64,000 nucleotides of DNA, from positions 194,280 through 258,279 of the forward strand of contig NKIK01000003.1 in the NCBI GenBank assembly GCA_002256115.1, given 5' to 3'. The stretch comes from Burkholderiales bacterium PBB3. Its GTDB lineage: Bacteria; Pseudomonadota; Gammaproteobacteria; Burkholderiales; Burkholderiaceae_C. The position numbers and the translations under genes were made by a program. The notes under the pieces are model-generated. The model had not been told where the DNA came from. It did not search any database and worked only from the letters and a program-made list of their open reading frames with translations. How positions within the stretch are numbered: position 1 is the stretch's first letter; the number at the start of each line of letters is the position of its first letter. Below are positions 53,511 through 63,120 of this stretch, one piece after another.

Positions 53511-53549
53511 GGCCGTGGATAGTGCGGGAGCAGCTCCTATTTTTATAGC
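53511..53549. repeat. Dispersed repeat copy F (reverse) in the yaaA/valS divergent intergenic region
   Basis: ggccgtggatagtgcgggagcagctcctatttttatagc. Confidence 0.85.
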
Positions 53550-53606
53550 AATCGATGCTACACATCGGCACCGGTAAAATCATCGGTCGCTCACAAGAGA
53601 ACCCCC

Positions 53607-56600
53607 ATGTCTGATAACGCCACCCCCCCATTGCCCACAACGCCCGCTGCTGCCCTGGAGCAGCCCGGCCTGCAGTCCCTGTCCAAATCCTTCGAGCCCG
53701 TCGCGCTGGAAGCACACTGGGGCCCCGAGTGGGAAAAGCGTGGCTATGGCGTGGCGGGCTACCGTGGCACCAGCGCCCCTGATGCGGCCGCTGCAGCCCA
53801 GAGCAAAAACTTCTGCATCCAGTTGCCGCCGCCCAATGTGACCGGCACGCTGCACATGGGCCATGCGTTCAACCAAACCATCATGGACAGCTTGACGCGC
53901 TACCACCGCATGGCCGGTTTCAACACCGCGTGGATTCCCGGCACCGACCACGCCGGCATTGCCACCCAGATCGTGGTGGAGCGCCAGCTGCAAGAGCAAA
54001 AAATCAGCCGCCACGACCTGGGTCGCGAGGCCTTCACTGCCAAGGTGTGGGAGTGGAAAGAGAAATCCGGCAACATCATCACCAACCAGATGCGCCGCAT
54101 GGGCGACACCGTAGACTGGAGCCGCGAGTACTTCACCATGGACCCCAAGCTGTCCAAAACGGTGACCGAGACCTTTGTGCAGCTGTACCAGCAAGGCCTG
54201 ATCTACCGCGGCAAGCGCCTGGTGAACTGGGACCCGATTCTGATGAGCGCCGTGAGCGATCTGGAAGTGGAGAGCGAAGAGGAAGACGGCTCGCTCTGGC
54301 ACATCCGCTACGACTTTGTGGATGGCCCGCAAACAGTGAACGGTGAAACCGTGCAGGGCTTGGTGGTGGCAACTACTCGCCCCGAGACCATGCTTGGCGA
54401 CGTGGCCGTCATGGTGCACCCAGAGGACGAGCGCTACATGCATTTAATTGGCAAGCAAGTGAAGCTGCCCTTGTGCAACCGCAACATACCAATCATTGCT
54501 GACGACTACGTGGACAAGGCCTTTGGTACGGGCGTGGTCAAAGTTACACCGGCACACGACCAAAACGACTATGCCGTGGGCAAGCGCCACAACTTGGAGC
54601 CCATTTGTGTCTTAACCCTAGACGCAAAGATCATCAGCAATGACATTGTTGCTGCGGGCCAAGGCTGGGAAAAATATACGGCTCCACTTGAGGGTGGCGG
54701 CAAGATCAGCCGAGTGAGTCCTGGCATCTCCTCTTTGGCGGTTGACGTGGGTATTCCGGAAAACCTGCAGGGGCTTGATCGTTTTGTTGCGCGCAAGCAA
54801 GTTGTAAAGGACTTGGAAACCTTGGGTCTTCTAGTCGAAGTGAAGAAACATAAACTGATGGTGCCGCGCTGCGCGCGCACCGGCCAGGTGATCGAACCCA
54901 TGCTGACTGACCAATGGTTTGTCGCCATGAACCAAGTGGGTGCAGGCGACGCTACCGGCAAATCCATCGCGCAAAAAGCCATCGACGCGGTGCAGAGCGG
55001 CGAAGTGAAGTTCGTGCCCGAGAACTGGGTCAACACCTACAACCAGTGGATGAACAACATTCAGGACTGGTGCATCAGCCGCCAGCTCTGGTGGGGCCAC
55101 CAGATTCCGGCTTGGTACGACGAAGACGGCAAGGTTTACGTCGCACGCAACGAAGCGGAAGCCCAGGCGCAAGCCCTTGGCAAGACACTCAAGCGCGACC
55201 CGGATGTGCTGGACACCTGGTACTCCTCCGCATTAGTTCCTTTCAGCACCATGGGTTGGGGCAATAGCGACAACGTAGCTGGCGAGTGTGCCGGTGTCGG
55301 CCGCAGCGACTTGGCAAGCGCAGCGCCTCTGAGCAAGGCCGATTCCGGCACCCTCGCCAGCGGGGCCAAGGCCGAAAGCCTCGATGACTTCGACCTGTAC
55401 CTGCCCTCTAGCGTCCTGGTCACCGGCTACGACATCATCTTCTTCTGGGTCGCCCGAATGATCATGATGACCACGCACTTCACCGGCCAGGTGCCGTTCA
55501 AGCACGTCTACATCCACGGCCTGGTGAAAGACGCGCAGGGCAAAAAGATGAGCAAGTCCGAGGGCAATGTGCTGGACCCGGTGGACCTGATTGACGGCAT
55601 CGAGCTCGGCCCCCTGCTGGCCAAACGATCCGAAGGCCTGCGCAAGCCCGAGACCGCACCCCAGGTGCGCAAAAACACCGAAAAAGAATTCCCCGAAGGC
55701 ATCCCCGCCTACGGTGCCGACGCTTTGCGTTTCACCTTTGCAGCGCTCGCATCGCTGGGCCGTGGCATCAACTTCGACAGCAAGCGCTGCGAGGGCTACC
55801 GCAATTTCTGCAACAAGCTGTGGAACGCCACCCGCTTTGTGCTGATGAACTGCGAAGGCAATGACTGTGGGCTGAACGAGCACACCAAAGAGCAGTGCGA
55901 ACCCGGTGGCGAAGCCCATGGCTACCTGGAGTTCAGCCAGGCCGACCGCTGGATCGTCTCGCTGCTGCAGAAGACCGAGGCTGAAGTGGCCCAGGGCTTC
56001 ACCGACTACCGCCTGGACAACGTGGCCAACACGATTTACGACTTCGTGTGGAACGAGTTCTGCGACTGGTACCTGGAAATTGCCAAGGTGCAAATCAACA
56101 CCGGCAGCGATGCACAAAAGCGCGCCACCCGCCGCACGCTGATCCGCACGCTCGAGACCATCCTGCGCCTGATCCACCCCATCACGCCCTTCATCTCCGA
56201 AGAGCTGTGGCAAAAGGTGGCGCCCGTTGCGGGGCGTCAGGGTCCGTCTGTAGCTATCGCTGCTTACCCCGTGGCCCAGCCCGAGCGCATTGACGAAGCC
56301 GCCATCGCGCATGTGGTCAAGCTCAAAGCCCTGGTGGATGCCTGCCGCACCCTGCGCGGCGAAATGAGCGTGTCGCCTGCCACCCGTCTGCCCTTGTATG
56401 TGGTGGCGCAGACCGCAGCAGAGAGCGAATTCCTGCAGTCGTCCGCAGCGGTACTGCAAGCGCTGGCTAAGCTCAGCGAAGTGAAGGTATTTGCTGATGA
56501 AGCCAGTTGGCAGGCAGCGGCGCAATCTGCACCTGTGGCGGTGGTGGGCGAAGCCCGCGTCTGCCTGTTTGTAGAAGTGGACATAGCGGCTGAAAAAATC

Positions 56601-56783
56601 CGCCTGGGCAAGGAAGTAGCGCGCCTGGAAGAGCAAATCGGCAAGGCCCAGATCAAGCTGAGCAACGAAGCCTTTGTGGCCAAAGCCCCAGCCGCCGTGC
56701 TGGAGCAGGAACGCAAGCGTGTGGCCGACTTTGTAGCCACGCTCAGCAAGGTGCGAGAGCAATTGGCCCGCTTGGGCACATAA
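53607..56783 (+). CDS. valS: Valine--tRNA ligase
   Basis: 1058 aa; HMGHAF (HIGH), KMSKS, editing domain, C-terminal coiled coil. Confidence 0.95.
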   Translation: MSDNATPPLPTTPAAALEQPGLQSLSKSFEPVALEAHWGPEWEKRGYGVAGYRGTSAPDAAAAAQSKNFCIQLPPPNVTGTLHMGHAFNQTIMDSLTRYHRMAGFNTAWIPGTDHAGIATQIVVERQLQEQKISRHDLGREAFTAKVWEWKEKSGNIITNQMRRMGDTVDWSREYFTMDPKLSKTVTETFVQLYQQGLIYRGKRLVNWDPILMSAVSDLEVESEEEDGSLWHIRYDFVDGPQTVNGETVQGLVVATTRPETMLGDVAVMVHPEDERYMHLIGKQVKLPLCNRNIPIIADDYVDKAFGTGVVKVTPAHDQNDYAVGKRHNLEPICVLTLDAKIISNDIVAAGQGWEKYTAPLEGGGKISRVSPGISSLAVDVGIPENLQGLDRFVARKQVVKDLETLGLLVEVKKHKLMVPRCARTGQVIEPMLTDQWFVAMNQVGAGDATGKSIAQKAIDAVQSGEVKFVPENWVNTYNQWMNNIQDWCISRQLWWGHQIPAWYDEDGKVYVARNEAEAQAQALGKTLKRDPDVLDTWYSSALVPFSTMGWGNSDNVAGECAGVGRSDLASAAPLSKADSGTLASGAKAESLDDFDLYLPSSVLVTGYDIIFFWVARMIMMTTHFTGQVPFKHVYIHGLVKDAQGKKMSKSEGNVLDPVDLIDGIELGPLLAKRSEGLRKPETAPQVRKNTEKEFPEGIPAYGADALRFTFAALASLGRGINFDSKRCEGYRNFCNKLWNATRFVLMNCEGNDCGLNEHTKEQCEPGGEAHGYLEFSQADRWIVSLLQKTEAEVAQGFTDYRLDNVANTIYDFVWNEFCDWYLEIAKVQINTGSDAQKRATRRTLIRTLETILRLIHPITPFISEELWQKVAPVAGRQGPSVAIAAYPVAQPERIDEAAIAHVVKLKALVDACRTLRGEMSVSPATRLPLYVVAQTAAESEFLQSSAAVLQALAKLSEVKVFADEASWQAAAQSAPVAVVGEARVCLFVEVDIAAEKIRLGKEVARLEEQIGKAQIKLSNEAFVAKAPAAVLEQERKRVADFVATLSKVREQLARLGT

Positions 56784-56787
56784 AAAA

Positions 56788-56816
56788 AGGGCGACCTAAG
56801 GGTCGCCCTTTTTCTT
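56788..56816. terminator. Bidirectional rho-independent terminator between valS and the convergent tusA-like gene
   Basis: aaagggcgacc-taa-gggtcgcccttt flanked by A-run and T-run. Confidence 0.6.
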
Positions 56817-56831
56817 GGGGTGGCGTGGCGA

Positions 56832-57059
56832 CTAGCGACGGCGCATTACATGGATGTACTCTTCGCCCAGCGTTTCCTGATGGATCAGCTCGTTCCCGGT
56901 TTGTTTGGCAAAAGCCTGAAAGTCCCGCGTCGAGCCTGAATCGGTGGCCACGACCTTCAGCGTTTCACCACTGGCCATATCGGCCAAAGCCTTCTTGGCT
57001 TTCAAAATGGGCAGGGGGCAATTCAAACCACGGGTGTCGAGTTCTCGGTCAATGTGCAT
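56832..57059 (-). CDS. TusA-like sulfurtransferase (SirA/YedF/YeeD family)
   Basis: 75 aa; LDTRGLNCPLPILKAKKAL (CPxP motif). Confidence 0.7.
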   Translation of the reverse strand: MHIDRELDTRGLNCPLPILKAKKALADMASGETLKVVATDSGSTRDFQAFAKQTGNELIHQETLGEEYIHVMRRR

Positions 57060-57103
57060 GTCAGGTCCTTTGTTTTGAATTGTAGGTGTGCGCTCGTGCA
57101 GGC

Positions 57104-57634
57104 TCAATCCCGCTTGGGAAACTCCACAAAGCTGGGGGTATGCCCGCGCGATTTCAACCAATCGGCCAGCGCATAGCCAGTGCCTGCCGGCCAGCATTTC
57201 ACGGTTTCTGGCGTGTAGAGCCGGTAATCGACCAACTCCGCCGACAAACGCACATCCCCATGGCAAACCGCGTGGTAGGCAATGATGATTTGGTTCATAC
57301 GCTGAAAGTCGTAGACGCCAATCAAATTCAGGTCCGTGGTGACCAGGCTGGTTTCCTCGGCAATCTCACGCGTAATGCCTTCTTGGGGCGTTTCACCCGC
57401 CTCCATAAACCCGGTGATCAGCGCATACATCTTGCCGGGCCATGCGGCGTTGCGGGCTAGCAAAATGTGGCCGTTGTACTCAATGACGGCGGCCAACACC
57501 GGCGTGGGATTGTTCCAGTGCGTGAAGTCGCAGGCCGGGCAGCGCAGGCGGGCCTTTTCGCCCCCATCTTCCACCTGGGTGATGAGGGCCAAGGGTGTGG
57601 CGCACTGTGGGCAAAATTTAAAGGCAGATGTCAT
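57104..57634 (-). CDS. NUDIX hydrolase with N-terminal zinc ribbon
   Basis: CPQC...CPAC then NUDIX box GFMEAGETPQEGITREIAEETSL. Confidence 0.75.
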   Translation of the reverse strand: MTSAFKFCPQCATPLALITQVEDGGEKARLRCPACDFTHWNNPTPVLAAVIEYNGHILLARNAAWPGKMYALITGFMEAGETPQEGITREIAEETSLVTTDLNLIGVYDFQRMNQIIIAYHAVCHGDVRLSAELVDYRLYTPETVKCWPAGTGYALADWLKSRGHTPSFVEFPKRD

Positions 57635-58533
57635 GCAGGGAAAACTCCGGTAGAGAGGTAGCGGTCACCCCGGTCACACACTATGAAGACGATGGTGGCA
57701 TTGGCGTCGCGCTTGGCAATCTCTTGCGCCACCCAGCAGGCACCCGCTGCCGATACGCCAGCAAAAATGCCCTCTTCGCGCGCCATGCGGCGGCACATGT
57801 CCTCGGCATCTGCCTGGCTCACATACACCAGCTCATCCACATTGGCAGGGTCGTAGATTTTGGGCAAATAGGCCTCGGGCCATTTGCGAATGCCGGGAAT
57901 GCGCGAGCCCTCAGACGGCTGCGCACCGATGATGCGGATGGCGGGGTTCTTTTCCTTCAGGAACCGTGCCACACCGGTGATGGTGCCCGTGGTGCCCATG
58001 GCGCTCACAAAGTGGGTAATCTGCCCGCCGGTTTGCTCCCAAATCTCGGGGCCCGTGGTCTCGTAGTGGATGCGCGGATTGTCCTGGTTGGCAAATTGGT
58101 CCAACACCCGGCCTTTGCCATCGCGCTGCATTTGTTCGGCCAGATCACGGGCGTATTCCATACCACCGCTCTTGGGCGTCAGGATCAGCTCTGCGCCAAA
58201 GGCTTTCATAGTCTGCACGCGCTCGATGGACAAGTCCTCCGGCATGATCAACACCATGCGGTAGCCCTTGATGGCTGCCGCCATGGCCAGCGCAATGCCG
58301 GTGTTGCCCGAGGTAGCCTCCAGCAAAGTGTCGCCCGGCTTGATTTCACCGCGCTCCTGGGCCCGCTGGATCATCGACAAGGCGGGCCGGTCTTTGACTG
58401 AGCCCGCAGGGTTATTGCCCTCCAATTTGCCCAAAACCACGGTCTTGCGGGCCGTGTTTTCAGTGGCACCAATGCGTTGCAGGGCGACCAAGGGGGTTTT
58501 TCCGATTGCGTCTTCAATAGTTGGATAGATCAT
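57631..58533 (-). CDS. cysM: Cysteine synthase B (O-acetylserine sulfhydrylase)
   Basis: PLP-binding NPAGSVKDR, TSGNTGIALA, GTTGTITG. Confidence 0.9.
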   Translation of the reverse strand: MIYPTIEDAIGKTPLVALQRIGATENTARKTVVLGKLEGNNPAGSVKDRPALSMIQRAQERGEIKPGDTLLEATSGNTGIALAMAAAIKGYRMVLIMPEDLSIERVQTMKAFGAELILTPKSGGMEYARDLAEQMQRDGKGRVLDQFANQDNPRIHYETTGPEIWEQTGGQITHFVSAMGTTGTITGVARFLKEKNPAIRIIGAQPSEGSRIPGIRKWPEAYLPKIYDPANVDELVYVSQADAEDMCRRMAREEGIFAGVSAAGACWVAQEIAKRDANATIVFIVCDRGDRYLSTGVFPA

Positions 58534-58575
58534 GTCCGTAAATGTGCCATAATTCAGGGCTTACGTATTAGCGTC

Positions 58576-58660
58576 GCCCGGGTGGTGGAATTGGTAGACG
58601 CACGGGACTCAAAATCCCGCGCCGCAAGGCGTGCCGGTTCGATTCCGGCCCCGGGCACCA
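58576..58660 (+). tRNA. tRNA-Leu (anticodon CAA), with encoded CCA
   Basis: Acceptor gcccggg/cccgggc, D-arm, anticodon loop ctCAAaa, long variable arm (class II), T-arm ggttcgattcc. Confidence 0.9.
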
Positions 58661-58667
58661 CATTGAA

Positions 58668-58699
58668 AGCCAGACAACACCTTGTTGTCTGGCTTTTTC
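58668..58699 (+). terminator. Rho-independent terminator after tRNA-Leu
   Basis: agccagacaaca-cct-tgttgtctggct (12-bp stem) followed by ttttt. Confidence 0.65.
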
Positions 58700-58743
58700 T
58701 TTGCGCTGGATTATTCTTGGCGCCAATGGCATCCTAGGGTCCC

Positions 58744-59457
58744 ATGCAAACTACCGTCCTGTCCAATGTAACTGCCCCGCAGCCCCAGGCGAAAACACCC
58801 GCGCTGTTTTGGGCCGTGTTGGTCGTGTTTGTGGTGTTCGCCCTCATTCCCACCCTCTGGACCGATGTGGATCTGGCTGCAGCGGGTCTCTTTGCTGGCC
58901 AAAGCAAGCAGTTGGACGCTGGCCCTTGGCCTTGGGTGGTGTGGATCAATGCGCAGATTCCGACCGTTTTTCGCTTCGTGGTGCTGGCCGCCTTTGCGGG
59001 CTGGCTGTTCACCAGTTTCAGCCGCTACGGCAAGCAGTGGCGCTTGCAGCTGGCATTCCTGGCATTGGCTGGCACCTTGGGACCTGGGCTCGTAGTGAAC
59101 CATGTGTTCAAAGACAACTGGCAACGTGCCCGGCCCTACCAAGTAGCGCAGTTTGGTGGCCCGCAACAATTCACCCGCGCTGCGGTCATGACCGACCAGT
59201 GCGACAACAACTGCTCTTTTGTCAGCGGCCATGTGGCTTGCGGCTTCTTTTTTGCCAGCCTGATGCTGGTCCACCGTCGGCGTCGTGTGGCGTGGGCCGT
59301 CACGGGCGTCACCAGCGGCTTGGTCATCGGCTTTGCCCGCATGGCAGATGTAGCCCATTGGCTCAGTGACGTGCTGTGGGCCTGCCCAATCACCTTGTTG
59401 TGCAGTTGGGTCGTATGGAAACTGCTTTTACTTCTATACAAGCCACCCAAGTTTTAG
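58744..59457 (+). CDS. PAP2-family membrane phosphatase (LpxE/PgpB-like)
   Basis: Motifs KDNWQRARP, SFVSGH, MADVAHWLSDV (PAP2 C1-C3). Confidence 0.75.
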   Translation: MQTTVLSNVTAPQPQAKTPALFWAVLVVFVVFALIPTLWTDVDLAAAGLFAGQSKQLDAGPWPWVVWINAQIPTVFRFVVLAAFAGWLFTSFSRYGKQWRLQLAFLALAGTLGPGLVVNHVFKDNWQRARPYQVAQFGGPQQFTRAAVMTDQCDNNCSFVSGHVACGFFFASLMLVHRRRRVAWAVTGVTSGLVIGFARMADVAHWLSDVLWACPITLLCSWVVWKLLLLLYKPPKF

Positions 59458-59504
59458 TATCAGGGCACAATGCATTGAAATAATCCGTTGGACCGCGAGG
59501 CGAG

Positions 59505-61091
59505 GTGAACGCCCGCGACAAAGCCCAGGAGTCCTTGATGGAAATGCTCTTTGCAGACGAGGCGCCCGCACCCACCCCTGATGCCACTACGTTTGGCAAG
59601 AAGAGTTGGTGCGTTCTCATGGTGGATGACGATGAAGAGGTGCACACCGTCACCCGTTTGGCTCTGCGCAATTTTGACTTTCAGGGCCAGGAGTTGGAGC
59701 TGATCAGCGCCTACTCTGCCAAAGAGGGCCGGGCTATTTTTGAGAGCCGCGATGACATCGCTCTGGCCATCATCGATGTGGTCATGGAAACCGAACACGC
59801 CGGCTTGGACCTGGTGCACTACGTGCGCAACACCCTGGAAAACAACCGCACCCGCCTGGTGATGCGCACCGGCCAGCCCGGACAGGCACCGCAGGACCAG
59901 GTGATCCGCGAGTACGACATCGACGACTACAAAGAAAAAACGGAGATGACCATCCAGAAGCTGCGCACCCTGCTCTACAGCAAGCTGCGCGCTTACCGGG
60001 ATTTATGTGTCATTGAAGAGCAGCGCGACGGGCTGACCCGCGTATTGCGCGCCACCGAGAAGGTTCAGACCTCCGAGTCACTCACTCTGTTTGCCACGGC
60101 CGTCTTAGAGCAGTTGACGTCGCTGTTGCACCTAGACATCTCCGCGCTGTATTGCACCGTCTTGCCCTCCACCCATGCGAGGCAACAGGCATCGCGCACG
60201 CTGGCGGCCACTGGGGAGTACGTCAAATACAGCACGGGTACGCAATTTGACGATTTGCCAGCCGTTGTCGCAGAGCGCTTTCAAAAAGTGCTGGATGCCA
60301 AAGCGCCTCTGCACTTCGAGGACGCCTATGTGGTCTATAGCGCGGGCGACCGGGGCTCCAGCAATCTGCTGTACGTGACGCACTCCTCGACACTGGACAA
60401 ACTGGATCGTCAGCTATTGGAGATTTATACCCAAAGTGTGGCGATCACCTTTGAGAACATCAACCTGCAGGAAGACCTGCGTGACACCCAAAAAGAGCTG
60501 GTGTACATCCTGGCCGATGCTGTGGAGGCGCGCAGCAAAGAGACGGGTGCCCATGTCAAACGGGTGGCCTTGGGCAGTGAAATGCTGGCCCGCTTGTGCG
60601 GACTGCCCGAAGACCAGGTGCTGTTGATCAAGCATGCGTCTCCGCTGCATGACATTGGCAAAGTGGCCATTCCGGATGCGATCCTGCATAAGCCCGGCAA
60701 GCTGGATGCGCAGGAGTGGGCCTTGATGCAAAAGCATGCGCAGTTCGGTTTGGACATTCTGCAAAGATCGGATCGACCGCTGATGAAACTGGGTGCCGAA
60801 ATCGCTATCACCCACCACGAAAAATGGGATGGCACGGGCTACCCCAACGGCATGCAGGGTGGTGCCATTCCTATCTCAGGGCGCATTACGGCGCTCATTG
60901 ATGTGTTTGATGCCTTGGGCTCTAAACGCAGTTACAAAGGTGCGTGGTCCGATGATCTGGTTATGGAACACATTGTTGCGGGGTCGGGCACGCAGTTTGA
61001 CCCCGTGTTGGTAGAACTCCTGGTGGCCAATCGTGAAGCCTTTCAGGCATTGCGCCTGCAATATCCCGACCTTGAAGAGCCACACGCCTAG
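59505..61091 (+). CDS. Response regulator with HD-GYP phosphodiesterase domain
   Basis: REC (VLMVDDDEEVH...AIIDVVME), central linker domain, HD-GYP (HDIGKVAIPD, HHEKWDGTGYP). Confidence 0.85.
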   Translation: MNARDKAQESLMEMLFADEAPAPTPDATTFGKKSWCVLMVDDDEEVHTVTRLALRNFDFQGQELELISAYSAKEGRAIFESRDDIALAIIDVVMETEHAGLDLVHYVRNTLENNRTRLVMRTGQPGQAPQDQVIREYDIDDYKEKTEMTIQKLRTLLYSKLRAYRDLCVIEEQRDGLTRVLRATEKVQTSESLTLFATAVLEQLTSLLHLDISALYCTVLPSTHARQQASRTLAATGEYVKYSTGTQFDDLPAVVAERFQKVLDAKAPLHFEDAYVVYSAGDRGSSNLLYVTHSSTLDKLDRQLLEIYTQSVAITFENINLQEDLRDTQKELVYILADAVEARSKETGAHVKRVALGSEMLARLCGLPEDQVLLIKHASPLHDIGKVAIPDAILHKPGKLDAQEWALMQKHAQFGLDILQRSDRPLMKLGAEIAITHHEKWDGTGYPNGMQGGAIPISGRITALIDVFDALGSKRSYKGAWSDDLVMEHIVAGSGTQFDPVLVELLVANREAFQALRLQYPDLEEPHA

Positions 61092-61101
61092 AACGTGGCG
61101 C

Positions 61102-62013
61102 TCAGACTAGACCCGTGTGGACACTGGGGTAGCGCAACTTCAAGCCGAGTTCGCGCTTCATTCGCATGTTCACCAATCGACGCGACTCCCCCATAAAGCT
61201 CAATTGCATGGGCGATAGCAAAGCCGCCGCCTCAGCCCGCGTCACGCGCGGCGGCTTGCTAAGCCCATACAAGCCTGCCGCCAAATCAAAGTAGTCGCCC
61301 ATCTTGAGATCGGAGTCATCACAGACGTTGTAGGCCCGTTGGGGCTTGCCCAGCCACAGCGCCCGTACGCAAGCCCTGGCCAGGTCGTCCGCGTGGATGT
61401 GATTGGTATACACATCCTGTGCGGCCTCCAAAACCGGCAGCCCTTTCTGCAAACGCGCGCGCGGGGTGCCACCCTCGCGGTCCGGTGCGTAGATGCCGGG
61501 GATGCGCAAAATGCAAATGGTCGCGGCGGTTGCGCGGCCCCAATGCCGCAGCCGGTCCTCTGCATCCACCCGACGCCGAGCCCGTTCCGTGCCAGCGTTA
61601 ACTGCACGCAACTCTGATACCCAAGTGCCTCCGCAATCCCCGTAAACACCGCTGGTGGAGCCATAGACCAAGGCGCGCGGCTTAGAACGACCTCGCAATG
61701 CCTTCAGCAGGGCCGCGGTGCGACCATCCGCGCTACCGGTGGGCGCTGGAGGGGCCAGATGAATGATGCGGTGGGCCAAGCCTGCCAGCCGTTGCAAGCT
61801 CGTTGGTCCATCCAAATTGCCTAGCAACGGGACAATGCCCGCAGCACGCAATGGCGTCATACGCTCCATGGTAGAAGTCAGTGCCAGCACACGGGTACGC
61901 CCCGCTAGCTGGTGCGCAATCCGCATACCAATATCGCCACATCCAATGATCAAGACGCGCTGCCGACGAAAACGGGAAGGTAGTGCCCCCAGTGGGCTTT
62001 GGATTGAGGGCAA
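61102..62013 (-). CDS. NAD(P)-binding SDR-family epimerase/dehydratase-like oxidoreductase
   Basis: N-terminal Rossmann VLIIGCGDIGMRIA. 303 aa. Confidence 0.7.
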   Translation of the reverse strand: MPSIQSPLGALPSRFRRQRVLIIGCGDIGMRIAHQLAGRTRVLALTSTMERMTPLRAAGIVPLLGNLDGPTSLQRLAGLAHRIIHLAPPAPTGSADGRTAALLKALRGRSKPRALVYGSTSGVYGDCGGTWVSELRAVNAGTERARRRVDAEDRLRHWGRATAATICILRIPGIYAPDREGGTPRARLQKGLPVLEAAQDVYTNHIHADDLARACVRALWLGKPQRAYNVCDDSDLKMGDYFDLAAGLYGLSKPPRVTRAEAAALLSPMQLSFMGESRRLVNMRMKRELGLKLRYPSVHTGLV

Positions 62014-62061
62014 AATCGACGCCTTGTGAATTCAACTGTCCGCAAGGATACTTAAAAAACT

Positions 62062-63114
62062 ATGACGGCTGCTGCAGGTGCGCAATCCTTCTTTTCTGTC
62101 ACAGTACAGCCCAGTGGGCGCAGCTTTACGGTACCCAACGGGGACACCGTACTGGCGGCAGGGATCAACCAGGGTATTGGCCTTCCCTATGGCTGCAAAG
62201 ACGGGGCCTGCGGTTCGTGCAAATGCAAAATGCTCAGCGGAGCTGTAGTGCATGGCAATCACCAAAGCAAGGCGCTGAGCCCGGAAGAAGAAGCCAGCGG
62301 CTATGTGCTGACCTGCTGCGCCATGCCCCAATCGGATCTGGTATTGGAGTCACGCCAGGTGACCGAGGCCGGTTCTCTGCCCATCAAAAAAATGCCCACC
62401 CGCGTGAGCAGCATGCGCAAAGCGTCTGACGACGTAATGGTCATTCAACTGCAACTCCCGGCCAACGACATGTTTGCGTACCGGGCGGGCCAGTATGTGG
62501 AATTCATTTTGCGCGACGGCGCACGGCGCAGCTATTCGATGGCCAATGCACCGCACCTGGGGCCCGGGGTCGAGTTGCACATCCGACACATGCCTGGCGG
62601 CAAATTTACCGACCATGTGTTTGGCGCTATGAAGGAAAAAGAGATTCTGCGCATTGAGGGCCCCTTCGGCTCATTCTTCTTGCGTGAGGACTCTGACAAG
62701 CCCATTATTTTGTTGGCCTCAGGCACGGGCTTTGCGCCCGTCAAGGCTTTAATCGAGCATATGCAGCACCAGGGTATTGCACGCAAGGTGGTGCTGTACT
62801 GGGGGGCACGCAAGCCCTCGGATTTGTATATGCAAGACTGGGTTCAGAATCAGTTGGCGACCATACCCACGCTCAGCTTTGTACCGGTGGTCTCGGATGC
62901 CTCGGAAAGCGATGCCTGGTCAGGCCGCACGGGCTTTGTGCATCAAGCCGTAATGCAAGACTTTCCGGATATGCGGGCCTATCAGGTCTATGCCTGTGGC
63001 GCGCCCATCGTGGTGGAGTCTGCACGCGCAGACTTTGTGGCGCTGTGCGGGCTCGACTCCGACGAGTTCTTCGCCGACGCATTCACCTCAGAGGCGGACA
63101 AGCTGGCCCCTTAA
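62062..63114 (+). CDS. 2Fe-2S ferredoxin fused to FAD/NAD(P)H oxidoreductase (ferredoxin-NADP reductase family; ascD/phenol-hydroxylase-reductase-like)
   Basis: Plant-type ferredoxin cysteines CKDGACGSCKCK...C, RxYS FAD motif RRSYSMAN, NAD motif LLASGTGFAP. Confidence 0.8.
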   Translation: MTAAAGAQSFFSVTVQPSGRSFTVPNGDTVLAAGINQGIGLPYGCKDGACGSCKCKMLSGAVVHGNHQSKALSPEEEASGYVLTCCAMPQSDLVLESRQVTEAGSLPIKKMPTRVSSMRKASDDVMVIQLQLPANDMFAYRAGQYVEFILRDGARRSYSMANAPHLGPGVELHIRHMPGGKFTDHVFGAMKEKEILRIEGPFGSFFLREDSDKPIILLASGTGFAPVKALIEHMQHQGIARKVVLYWGARKPSDLYMQDWVQNQLATIPTLSFVPVVSDASESDAWSGRTGFVHQAVMQDFPDMRAYQVYACGAPIVVESARADFVALCGLDSDEFFADAFTSEADKLAP

Positions 63115-63120
63115 AGTTGC

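Noticed and set aside
6405-53549. Interpretation of the dispersed repeats as a CRISPR array or as classical REP elements mobilised by a RAYT
   Set aside because: Copies are 1-10 kb apart with unrelated spacers, so no regular array. The only Y1 transposase present (6577-6927) has the classic IS200 TnpA sequence rather than a RAYT, and is truncated. The repeat core lacks a convincing stem-loop with a usable loop.
58576-59500. Integrative element at the 3' end of tRNA-Leu
   Set aside because: No integrase, no direct repeat of the tRNA 3' end. The downstream genes (PAP2 phosphatase, HD-GYP regulator, oxidoreductases) look like ordinary chromosomal genes.
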